Of a stretch of DNA of 64,000 nucleotides, positions 1-12,654 are shown piece by piece. Location of the stretch: positions 5,514,587 through 5,578,586 of the forward strand of contig CM120648.1 in the NCBI GenBank assembly GCA_051362555.1, read 5' to 3'. The DNA comes from Lingula anatina (taxonomy: Eukaryota; Animalia; Brachiopoda). Positions within the stretch are counted from its first letter, which is position 1. Every line of letters starts with the position of its first letter. A program made the position numbers and the translations under genes. A model generated the notes under the pieces. That model did not search any database, was not told the origin of the DNA, and saw nothing but the letters and a program-made list of their open reading frames with translations.

Positions 1-290
1 AGACACACGGATCAAATATGGCGATCGACTAAGAAGCCTGCTGCTTAATTCCAGATTAGACACTGAATAGATTCCTTGCAGGGATTACACACCTAGCAGT
101 CAAGTAGGTTGGCCATATTTGATCCGCAGATCTGTTATTCCACTGTTCCACAAATATGGCTGACCCACTTAAATACTTCCCCACAGGATATCTATTCAGT
201 GTCTTTTAGCAGATTAGACAGCAATCTTTGAAGTAGGTTGCCATATTTGACTCTCAGACTAGTTGGTCCCCTGTTCTAAATGGGGCATTA
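1..290. mobile_element. MITE-family fragments (same family as 18521-18701)
   Basis: Shares GGATCAAATATGGC...CTTAATTCC.GATTAGACACTGAATA...GCCATATTTGATCCGC.GATCTGTTA.TCC.CTGTTC with the element at 18.5 kb; internally rearranged. Confidence 0.75.
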
Positions 291-334
291 AATAATAAGG
301 ATAGTTAACCATGCTGTGCTCAGACCCTGCCTAC

Positions 335-1695
335 CATTGATAGTGTACAGGTACTTGCTGTTGGCACTGAAGCCCAGCTTTCCCACCCCAATTTTGGGGT
401 TAGCCTTGTTCAGATCTGACTTAATAGTTGGGATCAGCACTGCTCCTTCCACCAACTCATCTGAAATAAGTGATCAAGTTCTGTCTACAGAGTAAATGAA
501 ATTAAAAGTTCTAAAAATATCTTCAAAAAGTTTCTCTGAATCTTCGACTGCCAGCACTCATAAACTTTAATGCCAGTCTGACCAACACGGCTTAACTTTT
601 GACACCAATCATGTAAGAAAAACTTTTCAAAGCAAACTTTGAATAACATGCTACACTGTCCTTTTGTTATTTATCTATTAATTTATTTCATCATTAATTC
701 ATCAATAAAATTATCTTTTCATTTATCTCTCACTGTGTTTAAAATTTTTAACACTTAAACCATGCTTCCCCTGCTTCCAGTCAATGACTTTCCTTCGATA
801 TTAAGATTCATTAGTTATTATTTTCATTAATACACGATCTATTTAATTATCATTTTTCAAGTAGTAACGATTTCAATACTAACATTTGCTTTGAGTAGAA
901 AACAGAGTTCCTCGAGGGAGTTCTGATTCACCATCTAAGAGCTGGGGTCTTCTCTCCCATTCTTTGTAAACTATCTGTGGATGAGAAAAAGAATAATATA
1001 TTTGTGTTGGACACAACATAATTATCTTTTTTTTTTTTTGTAAAATATTTTTTAAAAAATCACTTTTTAAAAATAATTATGTATTTACTTTCATTGAAAA
1101 AGTTACTATAATTATTTTACTGCTTTGCCAATCATTTTTTAAATTGAAGGAAAAGTTAGAGCATTTCCTTGGACACGACCAATTTGTTCATTTTGTTGGA
1201 TTTTTTTTTCCAATTTTTAATCATGTTGTAAAAACAGTCACTTGAAATTTCGGTTACATGTTAGTGAAATGTTCTGAAAATGTAAATTTGTTGCTTCACT
1301 ATCAGGAGATATTGCTTGTGAAAAATCTTTAAACTTTTAAATATCAACTGGTCAACATTTTAGCAACCAACTGGTCCACATTTACAGCAACCAACTGGTC
1401 AACACTTCCAGCACTATCATACTGACCACATTAGGATTGTCCAGCTCTGAGGGATGGTCAAATTCTGCCACTGCCCTCCATGTGATGTGATTCAAAATGC
1501 GCACCTGTGGAGACATTTCTTGACAATTATTTTTCATTCAGGTGGAAATTATTTTCCTTTAAGTGTTAAGGCAATAAATCTGAAATCATTAACTCCCCTT
1601 CCCACCCAGAAAAATGTTCACAGCACAAATTTCAGCTAATCACAAACGAAACTGCCATTTAGTGAAAAAGTCAGAAATATGGCATGAAGTATTGT

Positions 1696-1744
<49 letters not shown>

Positions 1745-4700
1745 ACTAGGCCAATTATATTTTTGGCTCTAATTATTTCAGCTGGCAGAGGGGCAAAAAT
1801 GGAGGACAGATCAACAAAGATAATTTGGAAGACTGTCAGAAAAATAACTCTGGTTCAGCCCCTAGTGAATCAGTGTGCTTACCTTCTGGTCATAGCTACC
1901 AATGGCTAAGAATTGACTACTTGGAGCCCAGGCAATGTTCTTCACTCCCAGAGCATGCTCATAGGCAGAGTACTCAGACAGACATCTACCATCCACTGAA
2001 TACAGCAGGACCTTGTACTGAAAGTGGGGGAAAGTGTTTTTGAAATTATAATATGAAAATTTGTCAAATTTGAAAATTTCACTGCAGGCAACAGTCCGAA
2101 GATGAAGATGCTAAGATACATCATTTTTATATGACATAATAAGTTCATGTTTTTCATTCATATCATAACTTTTTTTTATCATTTTAAAGTGCTTGTTACA
2201 GTAACAGTGCCAAAGCCCTTGGGCAAATAGCTAATTTACATCTTTCATGCTGTTGACTATGGGTGCATTCCCAGAGATTTAGATCGATCCAGAGATTAAG
2301 ATTTGGATCGACCTAACTCCCTGGGGGTTCACGCTAAATTGCAGTCAGCCGAGCGCGCACCATAGTTAATTACCCCCTTACAGCTTTTAGTAGGCGGGAC
2401 AGATGCTTAAGCCGGCTAAACTGACAGTAATCTAGTGATACTCCCCACAGGGATAGATCGATCTAAAATCTATGGGAATGGGGTCTATGTCTCCCCTTTC
2501 ATAGACGCTCTCCTAGCCAACAGACAGTACGATAATGATGCAATCTGGTGGATCTTATGGATTCTTCAAGTTTTAAATTCTTAAAATTAGAACATTCTTA
2601 TTTAATGGTGGCAGCAAAATTGAAAAGCAGGATACTCTGCATGTACAGACTGTTATTCTATACAAAAAAATCACCAAAAATGTGTCTTCGCTGTTCACTG
2701 CAGTACAATAATTTCCATTGAAAAACAAACAAACAAGCAAACAAAAAACTTATATCCTATTACATTTTATGGATAAAATCCAGAGAAAATTTCTCAAAAA
2801 TGTAAAAAAAAATCATTAAGCTATTTTCAAAATTGCAACATGCTGGGTTTTTTTAAAATATGTTATACATTAATTTCAGTTTCCCAAGCATTATTTTTCT
2901 ACAACAACAGTTTCCCTTCCTAAAAATGATTCTGTTTCTGTATAACAACTCTGATACCAATCAACCCCTCCTAAACCAAGACCCCCCAACAGCAGCAGGC
3001 AGTATTCCCAAAATGTTGTCTATACTATTGTTTGCAGCATATTCATTATGATCATTTTTACAGATCTTTAAAAAAAGTATCTACTTCTAATAATCTATAT
3101 AATTGGTCAGATAAAAAAAATTCCAAAGAAACATTAACATTCTTAATTATAAACAACAAAATTTTAACATCCTGTCTTAGACATGTATCAACAAGTCATA
3201 AATTTTCCCTTTTAGAACAATTTTCCTACACACAAATTTTTTTTATTCACTCATTAAATTTTTATTCACTTATTTCCAGTTTCACAACTCTGATACTCAT
3301 CAGTACTCCAAGTGCAAATACATTTCCCTACCAACGAGTCTGGGCAGGCCAGGAAAATTTTCAAATTATTAAGAGTCCACTTTCAATAGCTCAATGCATC
3401 ACGCGTGACATTTAAATAGCTTGGCATAATAGCCCTCCTCTTAGTCACTCAGTCCTAGTGTCAACAGAGATTTTGGCAAGGTAAACCTTTAAGCGATTAC
3501 TCGTTAAGAAACAAGAGTTAATGGGGTGTTGGTCTTTCACAATACCAGAGTTACTGAATGGCATTCACTGTGCATGCTTAGGCTGAATGAAGTATTACAT
3601 CATTTGAAGTCAAAATAATTTTCTTCAGTTAATGTTGGTTTACAGACCCCTTTTTTTTTAAATCTTATCTTAAAATTGTTGCACTTTTATGTGATGGACA
3701 ACTCAATTTGCATGCAATTCTATCTGCATTTTGACACTATATAGGTGTTAAAAAAGATATAACATGCTGTTTCAAATAGATTTTCAACAACTAATCATTT
3801 ACACATGTTAATCTATATATCAATATATAACAAATGACAAGCCCTTTTTTAACCCATATTTTCCACATTTTAACCACATTGTAGTTGATCGTTTCAGTCC
3901 ACCAACCCCAGGTTACAAAGTCAAACTACATAAAATGAATTTTACAACATCTGTCAAAATTTTACTTTGTTTTATGACAAACTTTTTTGAGAAAATCTTC
4001 AGTAATAGGTAACCAAGTTTAAATGCAAGTGTGAGTCTGGCTAGAATGCAGAGTCTGCCAGACTCCAGACAGTAGTTACATTACAATGTACCTAGTTAGG
4101 GTCACGAAGGAAGTCAGTCATTATTTTTCTCGGGGTAAATACATAATGGGATATAGCACGCAACACGTGTTCAGTCACCATATCAGGATACATTCATCAA
4201 CTATCATCCCATGACATGGCTTATTTTTAGAACAAGTGCAGTGTACAGAAAAAAAGGCCAATTTTCTTCAGTAATGTTCATAAAACCACCACTGCGATAG
4301 ACACCAAAATAAAAATCATCGTCAGTGATGGCTATTTGTACAAATACATTGTGTTTTTACATAAAAATGTATACAAGTTCTACTTTCTATTTATATCATA
4401 TATAAGGTTTTCCCCATTTAACTTTCATTACATTTCAAAGAGCAAATTAAAATTTTGAATGAGTTTCCATAACAAAAAAAGGGTTCTTTTTCTCAAAAAG
4501 CAGACCTTTTAACCCCTTAGCTAACCCAATTTGATAAACGGCATAATACCCGGAACAAATTTTAACCAAGAGTGGACCTTTCAGGTCAAAAGGCAGATCT
4601 TTGAACCCCTAACCCCACCCAACCCCCTCTGCCTATAGGTTTATATATTAACATATAGGAAAAAGAATTTAATATCCAAAATGCTATATGTATTATACAT

Positions 4701-5214
4701 ATTTTATTATTATCTATAAATATATTATTGTTATATATCATTCAATGTTATATATATATATATATAATCGCTATATATTATATATGATACATATCATTAT
4801 ATAGTATACATCTTAGTATCTTTACACATATTTTTGTTATATAGAATTTATTTACAAAAGGTCTCTGACCTGCAGACAGTTTTCAAACACACAGAGCACC
4901 CGTCCATCAGGAGACCATGACACCCCAGCCAGGTCATCTGTACTGGTCTCAAAATGCTGAAATATAAAGATTAAAAAGAACTAAGAAATTAACTTGTAAT
5001 TACTGTGACTGGCTTATGCTGAAACAAAATGTAAATTACTGAACGGCTGATAAAGTATGGCTACTGGAAAAAGAAATAATGAATATCTTTAAAAAATTAC
5101 TCAATTGGTTATACCAATACTATTTCACCATGAGCAAAAGCTACCTTTAGGATATCTAAACAATGCGAATTGTCAAAGTAGTGGATTAAACCATGCACTT
5201 TTATGCTTTGTTAA

Positions 5215-5256
<42 letters not shown>

Positions 5257-5722
5257 CCATGTCCGTGTCCATCATAACTTACTTTAACAAGCTGCCAGGT
5301 ATTACAGGTAAAAATGCTGACATAGTCCTTGCATTCCCTCCTCTCTGCCAGGGCAAGATACTGGTTTACATCATTGAAATCAAGACCTACAAATTGGGAA
5401 ATAACACAGGTATCTGCATCACTCTATCTTCTCCGCCAAAACGTAAACTGGTTGAAATTAATATTTAATATTTATCTCATAAATACAGTGGCAAATAATT
5501 CTGATAATCCTGTTCTTCAAGTTTGCCAAATCAAAAAACATACTACATTTCATCCTGTTTAAATCAAGAGAAGCTCACCTTTTTGGCATCCCTTGGGATA
5601 TTTGATATATGACACTGACTTATTTACAAGTGACCATACCGTAATTCGCAGCTGAAACCAAGAAATACATATTTCAGAACTTATATCAATTTTCAAAAAC
5701 AAGTAAGAGTAATACATAAACA

Positions 5723-5770
<48 letters not shown>

Positions 5771-7199
5771 CCCTTTGCCAAATATGAAACATTTATGGCT
5801 TAATAATTATGACTCAACCTTATTAGTCTTCTGTCCATAGTCAAACTTTACAAACTTCTGAGTTTGAACTGGCAAATCTAAAGTGTGTATGGTTAACAAT
5901 TATTGCTAAATAACCTAGTTAGTCAGACAAAGTTTACACAAGTAAAACTATGAAATTGACTTGAGATACTGTCACAATTACATGAAAGTCTGCAGTGGTC
6001 AGTACATGTCGGCTGTCAGGGCTCCACCTGGCGGCCACCAGACCAGCTGACCCCTCATCTATCTTACATGTCCACTCTGGCTGCTCGAGTGACCAGATCT
6101 GGAAACCACAGAAAGGTCAAGGTCATGTTGAAGGTCGTTCTCAGTGGTCAAGGTCAAGTAAACAGGATTATCATTTTTTTCAGTTTTTAAAGTATAGGGA
6201 CTTCCAAGTTCTTTGAAAATATGCCTTGAATGAAAGTTAAGCTCATCTTTTTGCGTAAAAGTCTATATAAAAAAAACTTTACAGACATGAGCTTGTGCTA
6301 ATTTACAAAAGATTCCTGCACATTTATCATGAAATCAAACACTAAAATCCTGAATAATCTCAGGTACTGTTCTGTGTTGTTTCAATTTCAACAAAAAAAT
6401 TTTGAGCATCAAAAACGATTTTAAAAAAATGCACCAAAAATTGCACTTTGTATCATACCTGTACCAGTCCTCTCTTGTACATGCCACATAGTATAAACTG
6501 GGAGTCTGAGGACCACTGAAGACAGATACAGGATACAGTTGTTACTCATGAATTTCAACCACTTTATTATTACTTGAAAATTTTATTCTTTTAAGATTTA
6601 TCATGTTTCATTTCTTGCGTAAACCCACTCAATCATAAACTAAGCTTTTTCAGAATTGTCAAATGAAATTCTTCAGGATAGACTAACATCACATTGTTCT
6701 GGGACATAAAACTTATTAACTTTGTTTACATTTAAAAGTATAATTATTATTTTTTTTCTTCTCTTTATCACAATCATTTTTCCAAAAAAATACGCCTTTT
6801 AGTTTATTGTGCTAAAGTTACTAGGCAGTTCATTCCAATGGACATGTATATACTAGTCTATACCTTTGCCTTACTTCTTAGAAATAAGTCAAAAAGATAA
6901 AAAAAAAAAAGATCTGTATTGTCACTTTGTGTCTCTACTAGTAATTGATAGTTAAATTTACCATGAAAATTACATGCAAAGTGACATAATTACCTCAACA
7001 TACTGAACTGCATCCAAGCAGGTGTAAAGATTTAAAATCTGTAAAGTTTTCACATCTCTCACAATCAGCCTGTACTGGACAGCATTGGCCTGAAGTGGTC
7101 AAACTTGGTGTGAGTCATTATCACATTAGTATGTGTGTGACTTAATTGACTGTTGTTACCGGTGGGTGTGATTGTAATGCACTGTACATATGTGATCCC

Positions 7200-7230
<31 letters not shown>

Positions 7231-7506
7231 ACAGTGACAATATTAACCAATGCATAATGTATAACATAAGGTGCCAATGCTCACCAAGGGTTACCCAAGG
7301 GCATTGGAGCTTAATATTGTTTTATTTTCGTAGTCATAAATGATAAAAAAAAAACACATATGACAACATTAATCATAACAAATAACTGTTTGTTATGAAA
7401 AATAAATAAAGATAAAAAAAATTAAGTACTTTCATACCAAGTAATTCCCATCGGGTGAAAACTTGCACAGCTGGTTGGACTGTTTGAATATCTCCGAAAA
7501 ATTCAT
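335..7506 (-). CDS. WRAP73: WD repeat-containing protein WRAP73 (WDR8); 11 coding exons in window, 3' part continues beyond position 1
   Basis: Phase-consistent GT-AG exons on the minus strand: 7506-7438, 7089-6994, 6515-6459, 6098-5982, 5651-5579, 5386-5283, 4956-4870, 2017-1883, 1504-1427, 974-884, 460-335. Translation [49 protein letters not shown]...[20 protein letters not shown]...[20 protein letters not shown]...[14 protein letters not shown]...[26 protein letters not shown]...KANPKIGVG closely matches recalled human WRAP73 ([23 protein letters not shown]...). Confidence 0.95.
1698..1742. repeat. Poly-G homopolymer (about 45 nt)
   Basis: Visible G run in a WRAP73 intron. Confidence 0.9.
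2261..2485. mobile_element. MITE with terminal inverted repeats; second copy inverted at about 46777-46993
   Basis: CATTCCCAGAGATTTAGATCGATC...GATCGATCTAAAATCTATGGGAATG ends, flanked by TAT on both sides; interior matches the reverse complement of 46.8 kb. Confidence 0.8.
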
Positions 7507-8803
7507 GTTGAGGGCAGTATCAAACTAATCTGGGCACCTGTAATCAGCCATTTTTGTCACAAAACTCAATGAACTAAAACAACCGGAAGTGCCCTTATTT
7601 CAAACGTCGCGCCAAGCATGCGCATGAAAGATCAAATAAGATTTTCCATAATTTCATTATCATGCAGGCTATTTGGATGAGTTTCAGCCATCTAAGACAA
7701 CAGAATAATATATTTTGATTCCCCTCTTTTGGTTTTTATTTTGTGAATTCAACAGAATTAGAAATTCGATTTCAAATTTCGCTGACTTCATCAAACACAT
7801 GAAACCGCACCACGCCCATGCCGGTTATATAGGTCAAACGTCATACACCAAAACAAAGTAGATCTCCACTCGTACCAGCCTTAAATTATTGCTTAGAGAT
7901 ATTTCCGACGACACTTACACGTCACTTTATAAATTTCTTATCCTTTGCTTACATCATTATATACATAAAGAAAATTCTACAAATCAAACGGATGCGTAAA
8001 GATTTTTGTCCCGATGTGACGGAACTCCAAAATGACGTCAGTGACATATTTTCATCCAGCGTGGTCGGGAGAGGTAAATTTTACTCTGATTTTGTGTGCT
8101 TTCATCATCAGTGTGCAATCGCAATGCAGATGTATATGTGATGATTACATTTGGACTGTGTGTATGCATTGAAAAGGCAGCGAGATTTTAAAAGTTGTAC
8201 ACTTTTTAGCATGCTTTTGTTGTGTGGAATTCGGACGTGCCCTCACTTGCTCTGTTTACAGTAGTCGCCATGTTAATTTAAGCTTGGTGACTTCTAAGTG
8301 CTACTGTCAATGGAGGAAAGTGAATTTGCTATTTATCATAAAAGTTTATCACGCATATTCAACATAGGGCATCCAGGGGCGTGTTTGACATTGAACAAAT
8401 CCCAACCCATGGTTCATGTTGAGATCGATTTCGTGTATGGCGCGAAAATGACCGATTTCGACTTAGTTCCACGTCATTCTTAAAAGAAAACGTCAAGGCA
8501 ACGTTTTGTTTTGGGGATTCCCCTGGACGCTTGGTCACGTGGCTGTCTCATGCGGTCTCCCTGCATGCCAGAGTGAAAATTTCTGGCGAAGAGTGTAGGC
8601 GTGTTTGCTGCTGGGGTCCAAACATTTTCACTCTCGAGATTGTTTGTTTCCATGCTATTTTCTAGTTGGACTGTTGTTGAATGGGACACTTTTTCGGAAG
8701 TTGTTTCATCCTGGGTGGACTCTTTGTCTTCTAGAGGAACTTAATGCAGTGCTCTTTTCTTGGCTTTCGTTGGATTTTTCACGACGAGTTGCAAATCAGA
8801 ACT
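7507..8803. promoter_or_regulatory. Bidirectional promoter and candidate first exons shared by WRAP73 and the p53-family gene
   Basis: CpG-rich island between divergent genes. ETS/GABP CCGGAAGTG 7583-7591; NRF1-like GCATGCGCATG about 7616-7626; CRE TGACGTCA 8033-8040; YY1-like GTCGCCATGTT about 8264-8274; E2F GGCGCGAAAA 8439-8448. Candidate donors GAG|GTAAAT (8073/8074) and ACT|GTAAGT (8803/8804). Confidence 0.6.
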
Positions 8804-9161
8804 GTAAGTTGGATGGTTTTTAGATTTTCTGAAGGATGTTGCATTGTATGCATGGGGTTAATGTCTGCAATTGTTTTAGTGTGTGAGGGTTTTGCAAAAG
8901 TTTAGTCAATAATTTTTTTAATGTTTGAATTTGTAGATCTTAAAATGATGCAAGATTTGATTTCCAGACTTTTCCATTTCCTTTGAAATGTTCACAATGT
9001 ATTGCATTTAAGATTTTCCAAGTACATCGATGCAATCTCTCCATGCATATCAGAAGTAGAGAGAGTTACTGTCTGCAACTACTGGAAAGCTCTCTCTTTA
9101 AAAAGTCAACTGACTTACAGGTGCAAATATATTTTTTCAGGAAAAAAAGGATATTTTGAGG

Positions 9162-12131
9162 ATGAACTCTCAAGGAAATGAAGGGGTGAACCCACCTCTC
9201 TCCCAGGAAACATTTGACGGATTGTGGGATCAATTGATGATACAAACAGAGAATGGGTAAGAGATGTGTTTTAAATAAAATCTTAATTACTTTTTTTAAT
9301 GTGCATTTTTGAAATATTCGGATATTAGGTGGATGAGTGCATATTTCTCAGCATAAATATCTTTGTATTTGATTGTATTGAATATTAAAAGCCCCATGTT
9401 TTGTTTATTTATTTTATTTATTATTTTTACAGAGCTTACACAAATATTATAAATCAAAACCAGGAGCCCGAGTATCATTATGCTGATGGAGGAGAAAGTG
9501 CACAAGTAGAGGTGCAAAGATTTTTAATCGCTCCACAACAAGACAGTATCATGCAGCTGGTAAGTTACATCATATGTTGTATCATGTTTAATAAAGTTAA
9601 TTAATTAAGAAACAATGTTAAAACAAATAAAAACAAAGTTGCAATATATTTTAATCTCTCTCTGGGTGGGGTGGGGACCACCCAAGTGCAACCCCTTTTT
9701 CAACCCTGAGGTTGTTAATTTCATCGGAATTAGGTCAATAAAGATGTACATTTCAGTATTGTGACACATTAAACACAGTAGCCTGGGGACTAATTATGGT
9801 AATCAGGTCAGTAGCTATCAACAGGTGCTTACTCATAGTGTATCAATATGTAGTAGATTTACATAGGGATATTATAACCTTATATGGTCCCTGGAGAGAT
9901 TATTATAGGCTAGGTAGTTGTAATAGAATAGGTAAAATAAATTATCCTATTTACTCTGCTTACTACATAGTAAACTATTTCATTGATTGACAATCTTGGT
10001 GATGTGCCAGAAAATATTTATGAATGAACTTGAAAGAGAGATGTCTAAACTCATGATGAAATTCTGTGGAAAATTTGTTCATATATGATGAAATTAGACT
10101 AGCAATGCACGTGTTCGTTTGTTTAATAACACTGCGCGTGAAGCGTGCAGGTTGGGGCCATTTTGCGCATTTTTCGTCATTTCCGCCCAAAAACAACATC
10201 AGCTGGACTCATTAGATAATTGTGCTCTCAATGCCACGTGCAAATGAGGCAAGCCCGGGCAGGCTTGCAGTGCCCAACTTCAGGTGACCTCATTCACCGC
10301 TACGTCTCAGTCTTGCCTGGGCCTGCCTGATTGTGTTATAAAGGCCCAGGCTTATATACCTTGATATCATAACACACTGTTGGGTGTTAATATTGGTCAA
10401 TATTGCTGCTGCATATGAACGTTTAGTCAGAACCAGCAGAGTTTTTTTTTTACTTTCTGATTTTTGTCCGAGATTGATTATTTGTTATATCTGACATTGT
10501 TTATTTTGATGAGCTTGAGAAGAAGTGGGGTAGCACCCAGAAGGATTTTGCCAAAGGTAGGGAAACATCTGGGGTTTAGTTTTTTTTTCTCTGTCAGCTG
10601 ATTTTTTTTAACTTTTAGAAAATTTAAGGACAGAGTTTGTTATTTTCCATTTGTGATGATTTACTTTTGGTGATAGATTTATTATTAACACTGTACAGCA
10701 CCATGCCGGGGGGGGGGGGGGTAACTGAACCATCTAAAGATTTAGTATCAGTGCGTGTGTGTCTTCATTGTAAAGTGGAATTCATTTCTAAGCTTAAATT
10801 TGAACTCAATTGAGAAAAGCTTATGTAAGTTTTATGCAATGAACCAATTTTACACAACAGGGAGTGGGTAAAGTGTTTGTTGTCATGTTTTAATTTTCTT
10901 AGAAATTCTAAGAATCTGTCTGTTAAGAAACAGTTCATATGTAGATTTCACTTGTATATGTAAACATATCATTAGTTACTAGTTTGAAATTCTCTACAAA
11001 GTTTTGACTCCATGGGTCTATAAGAACAAAAATCCATATGCAACTCTTTAAACATTAATGCTTCGTCAATAATGTAAAGTAACACCTAAAGTGCCCTATC
11101 ATATTGGACTAATCATTACTTATTTAGACTGTTTAAGTGGTTTTTAATTATGATACGTAAGGTAGAAATGGAAGGAATCATCTTTATCACTTAAGATAAA
11201 AAGAACCTTAGAACTACAGGTGTGATAATACAGGTGACTCAAGTGGTTGTCCCTTGATCAAGGTGTTTATTTTATTTGTTACCTGTAATTTGTCAATACA
11301 CAATGGGCATTGTGCCAACAAATGTTAAAGGTTTAAGGAAGGGGTCGTTAACTTTAAGAAAAGAGGGAGCATAGAGAACCAACTGTTGAAAAGACTAAAG
11401 TATAGAAAACAATAGGGTTTGATCTCAGGAAAGGCTCAGAGAATGGAAGAAAAGGGTTAGGAGAGAATGGGCGTGTTACACGGGAGGTGGATATTGAAAA
11501 CAAATATTGGGACCTGACTGGGCATGACTTTGATATTGCAGTGGGGGATTTTTCTGGGCCTCTTTGATATTTTGGTAACTATGAGGAGATATGTTTTGAT
11601 CAAAACTAGTAATTTGTTAAAAAATGGAACAGGTTAGAAAAATTAATTTTTAAAAAATGTGTTTAAGTTAAATAAGTAAAGTAGAATAATATCAATCCTT
11701 CAAGTTCTGCAAATAGGAAAGAATGAGAAAAGAGAATTCTCAAACTGGCTGCAGTCCAAAGATGAGTTTACATAATGATGTAAATTGTGGTTAAAACAAT
11801 AATGTAAATGCAGTGATTAAATCAGTCAGGTCCATACATGTGGTGAGATATGCAGCAAGTTGAGACAGGTAGATGGGTTTTTACCTAGGCAGTGACGTGG
11901 ACGTGATTAAACTTGGCAGTCTGTGGTAGACTGACTTAGGCTGACTGACCAGCAGCTATACACAGCATTGTAGGAATATGGCTTTGAAATTGTGGGCTTG
12001 CATGGGCACATACTGTCATAAAATTTTATATCAGACGAACAGTTAGTGGATTTAGGCAGATTTCTAAAATTGGGATTAAAAAGATGATTAATTTTCATTT
12101 AGAAAAAAAAGATTTAGAGAATTCATGATGA

Positions 12132-12168
<37 letters not shown>

Positions 12169-12586
12169 ATTTCAATTAATTGTTTGTAAAATTGTATTTT
12201 ATTATTTTCCTTCCAGCTGAGCAGCTTTCCATCAGTGACACAACCAGACACCATGAGTCCAGACTCCCAGACTACAGCAGTGGACTCCGTGCCCAGTAAT
12301 ATACCCGCTACAGTGGAGCTGTCGGGACAGGTGGGTGGATTTTATATACCCCTTCCCCTTATACCCCTCCCCCCCTCACCCTTTTCCCTCCCCACGTGGC
12401 ATAATCTGAGATTAAAGTCTTCCAGATTTATCTGGAAATCCAGTGTTTGTAAAAGAAGTTACTACAAATTTAGAATTGCAACTTTAAGTGCTTGCATTTT
12501 CAGGATTATTTTTTGAGGCCCACTTTTGCCTTTGTATAATTCAGGAAAAGGAGTTTTCTCATTTTGGCAGATTTCCTAAGTTATAG

Positions 12587-12654
<68 letters not shown>

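Noticed and set aside
1698-1742. Poly-G as a functional G-quadruplex
   Set aside because: G/C homopolymers recur throughout this window and their length is error-prone; no specific evidence of function.
335-7506. Calling the upstream WD gene WRAP53/TCAB1
   Set aside because: The sequence matches WDR8/WRAP73 motifs (MNFSE.FK...[23 protein letters not shown]), not WRAP53.
11510-11529. Third possible p53 element GGACCTGACT-GGGCATGACT
   Set aside because: Three mismatches and no linked TATA or in-phase exon identified.
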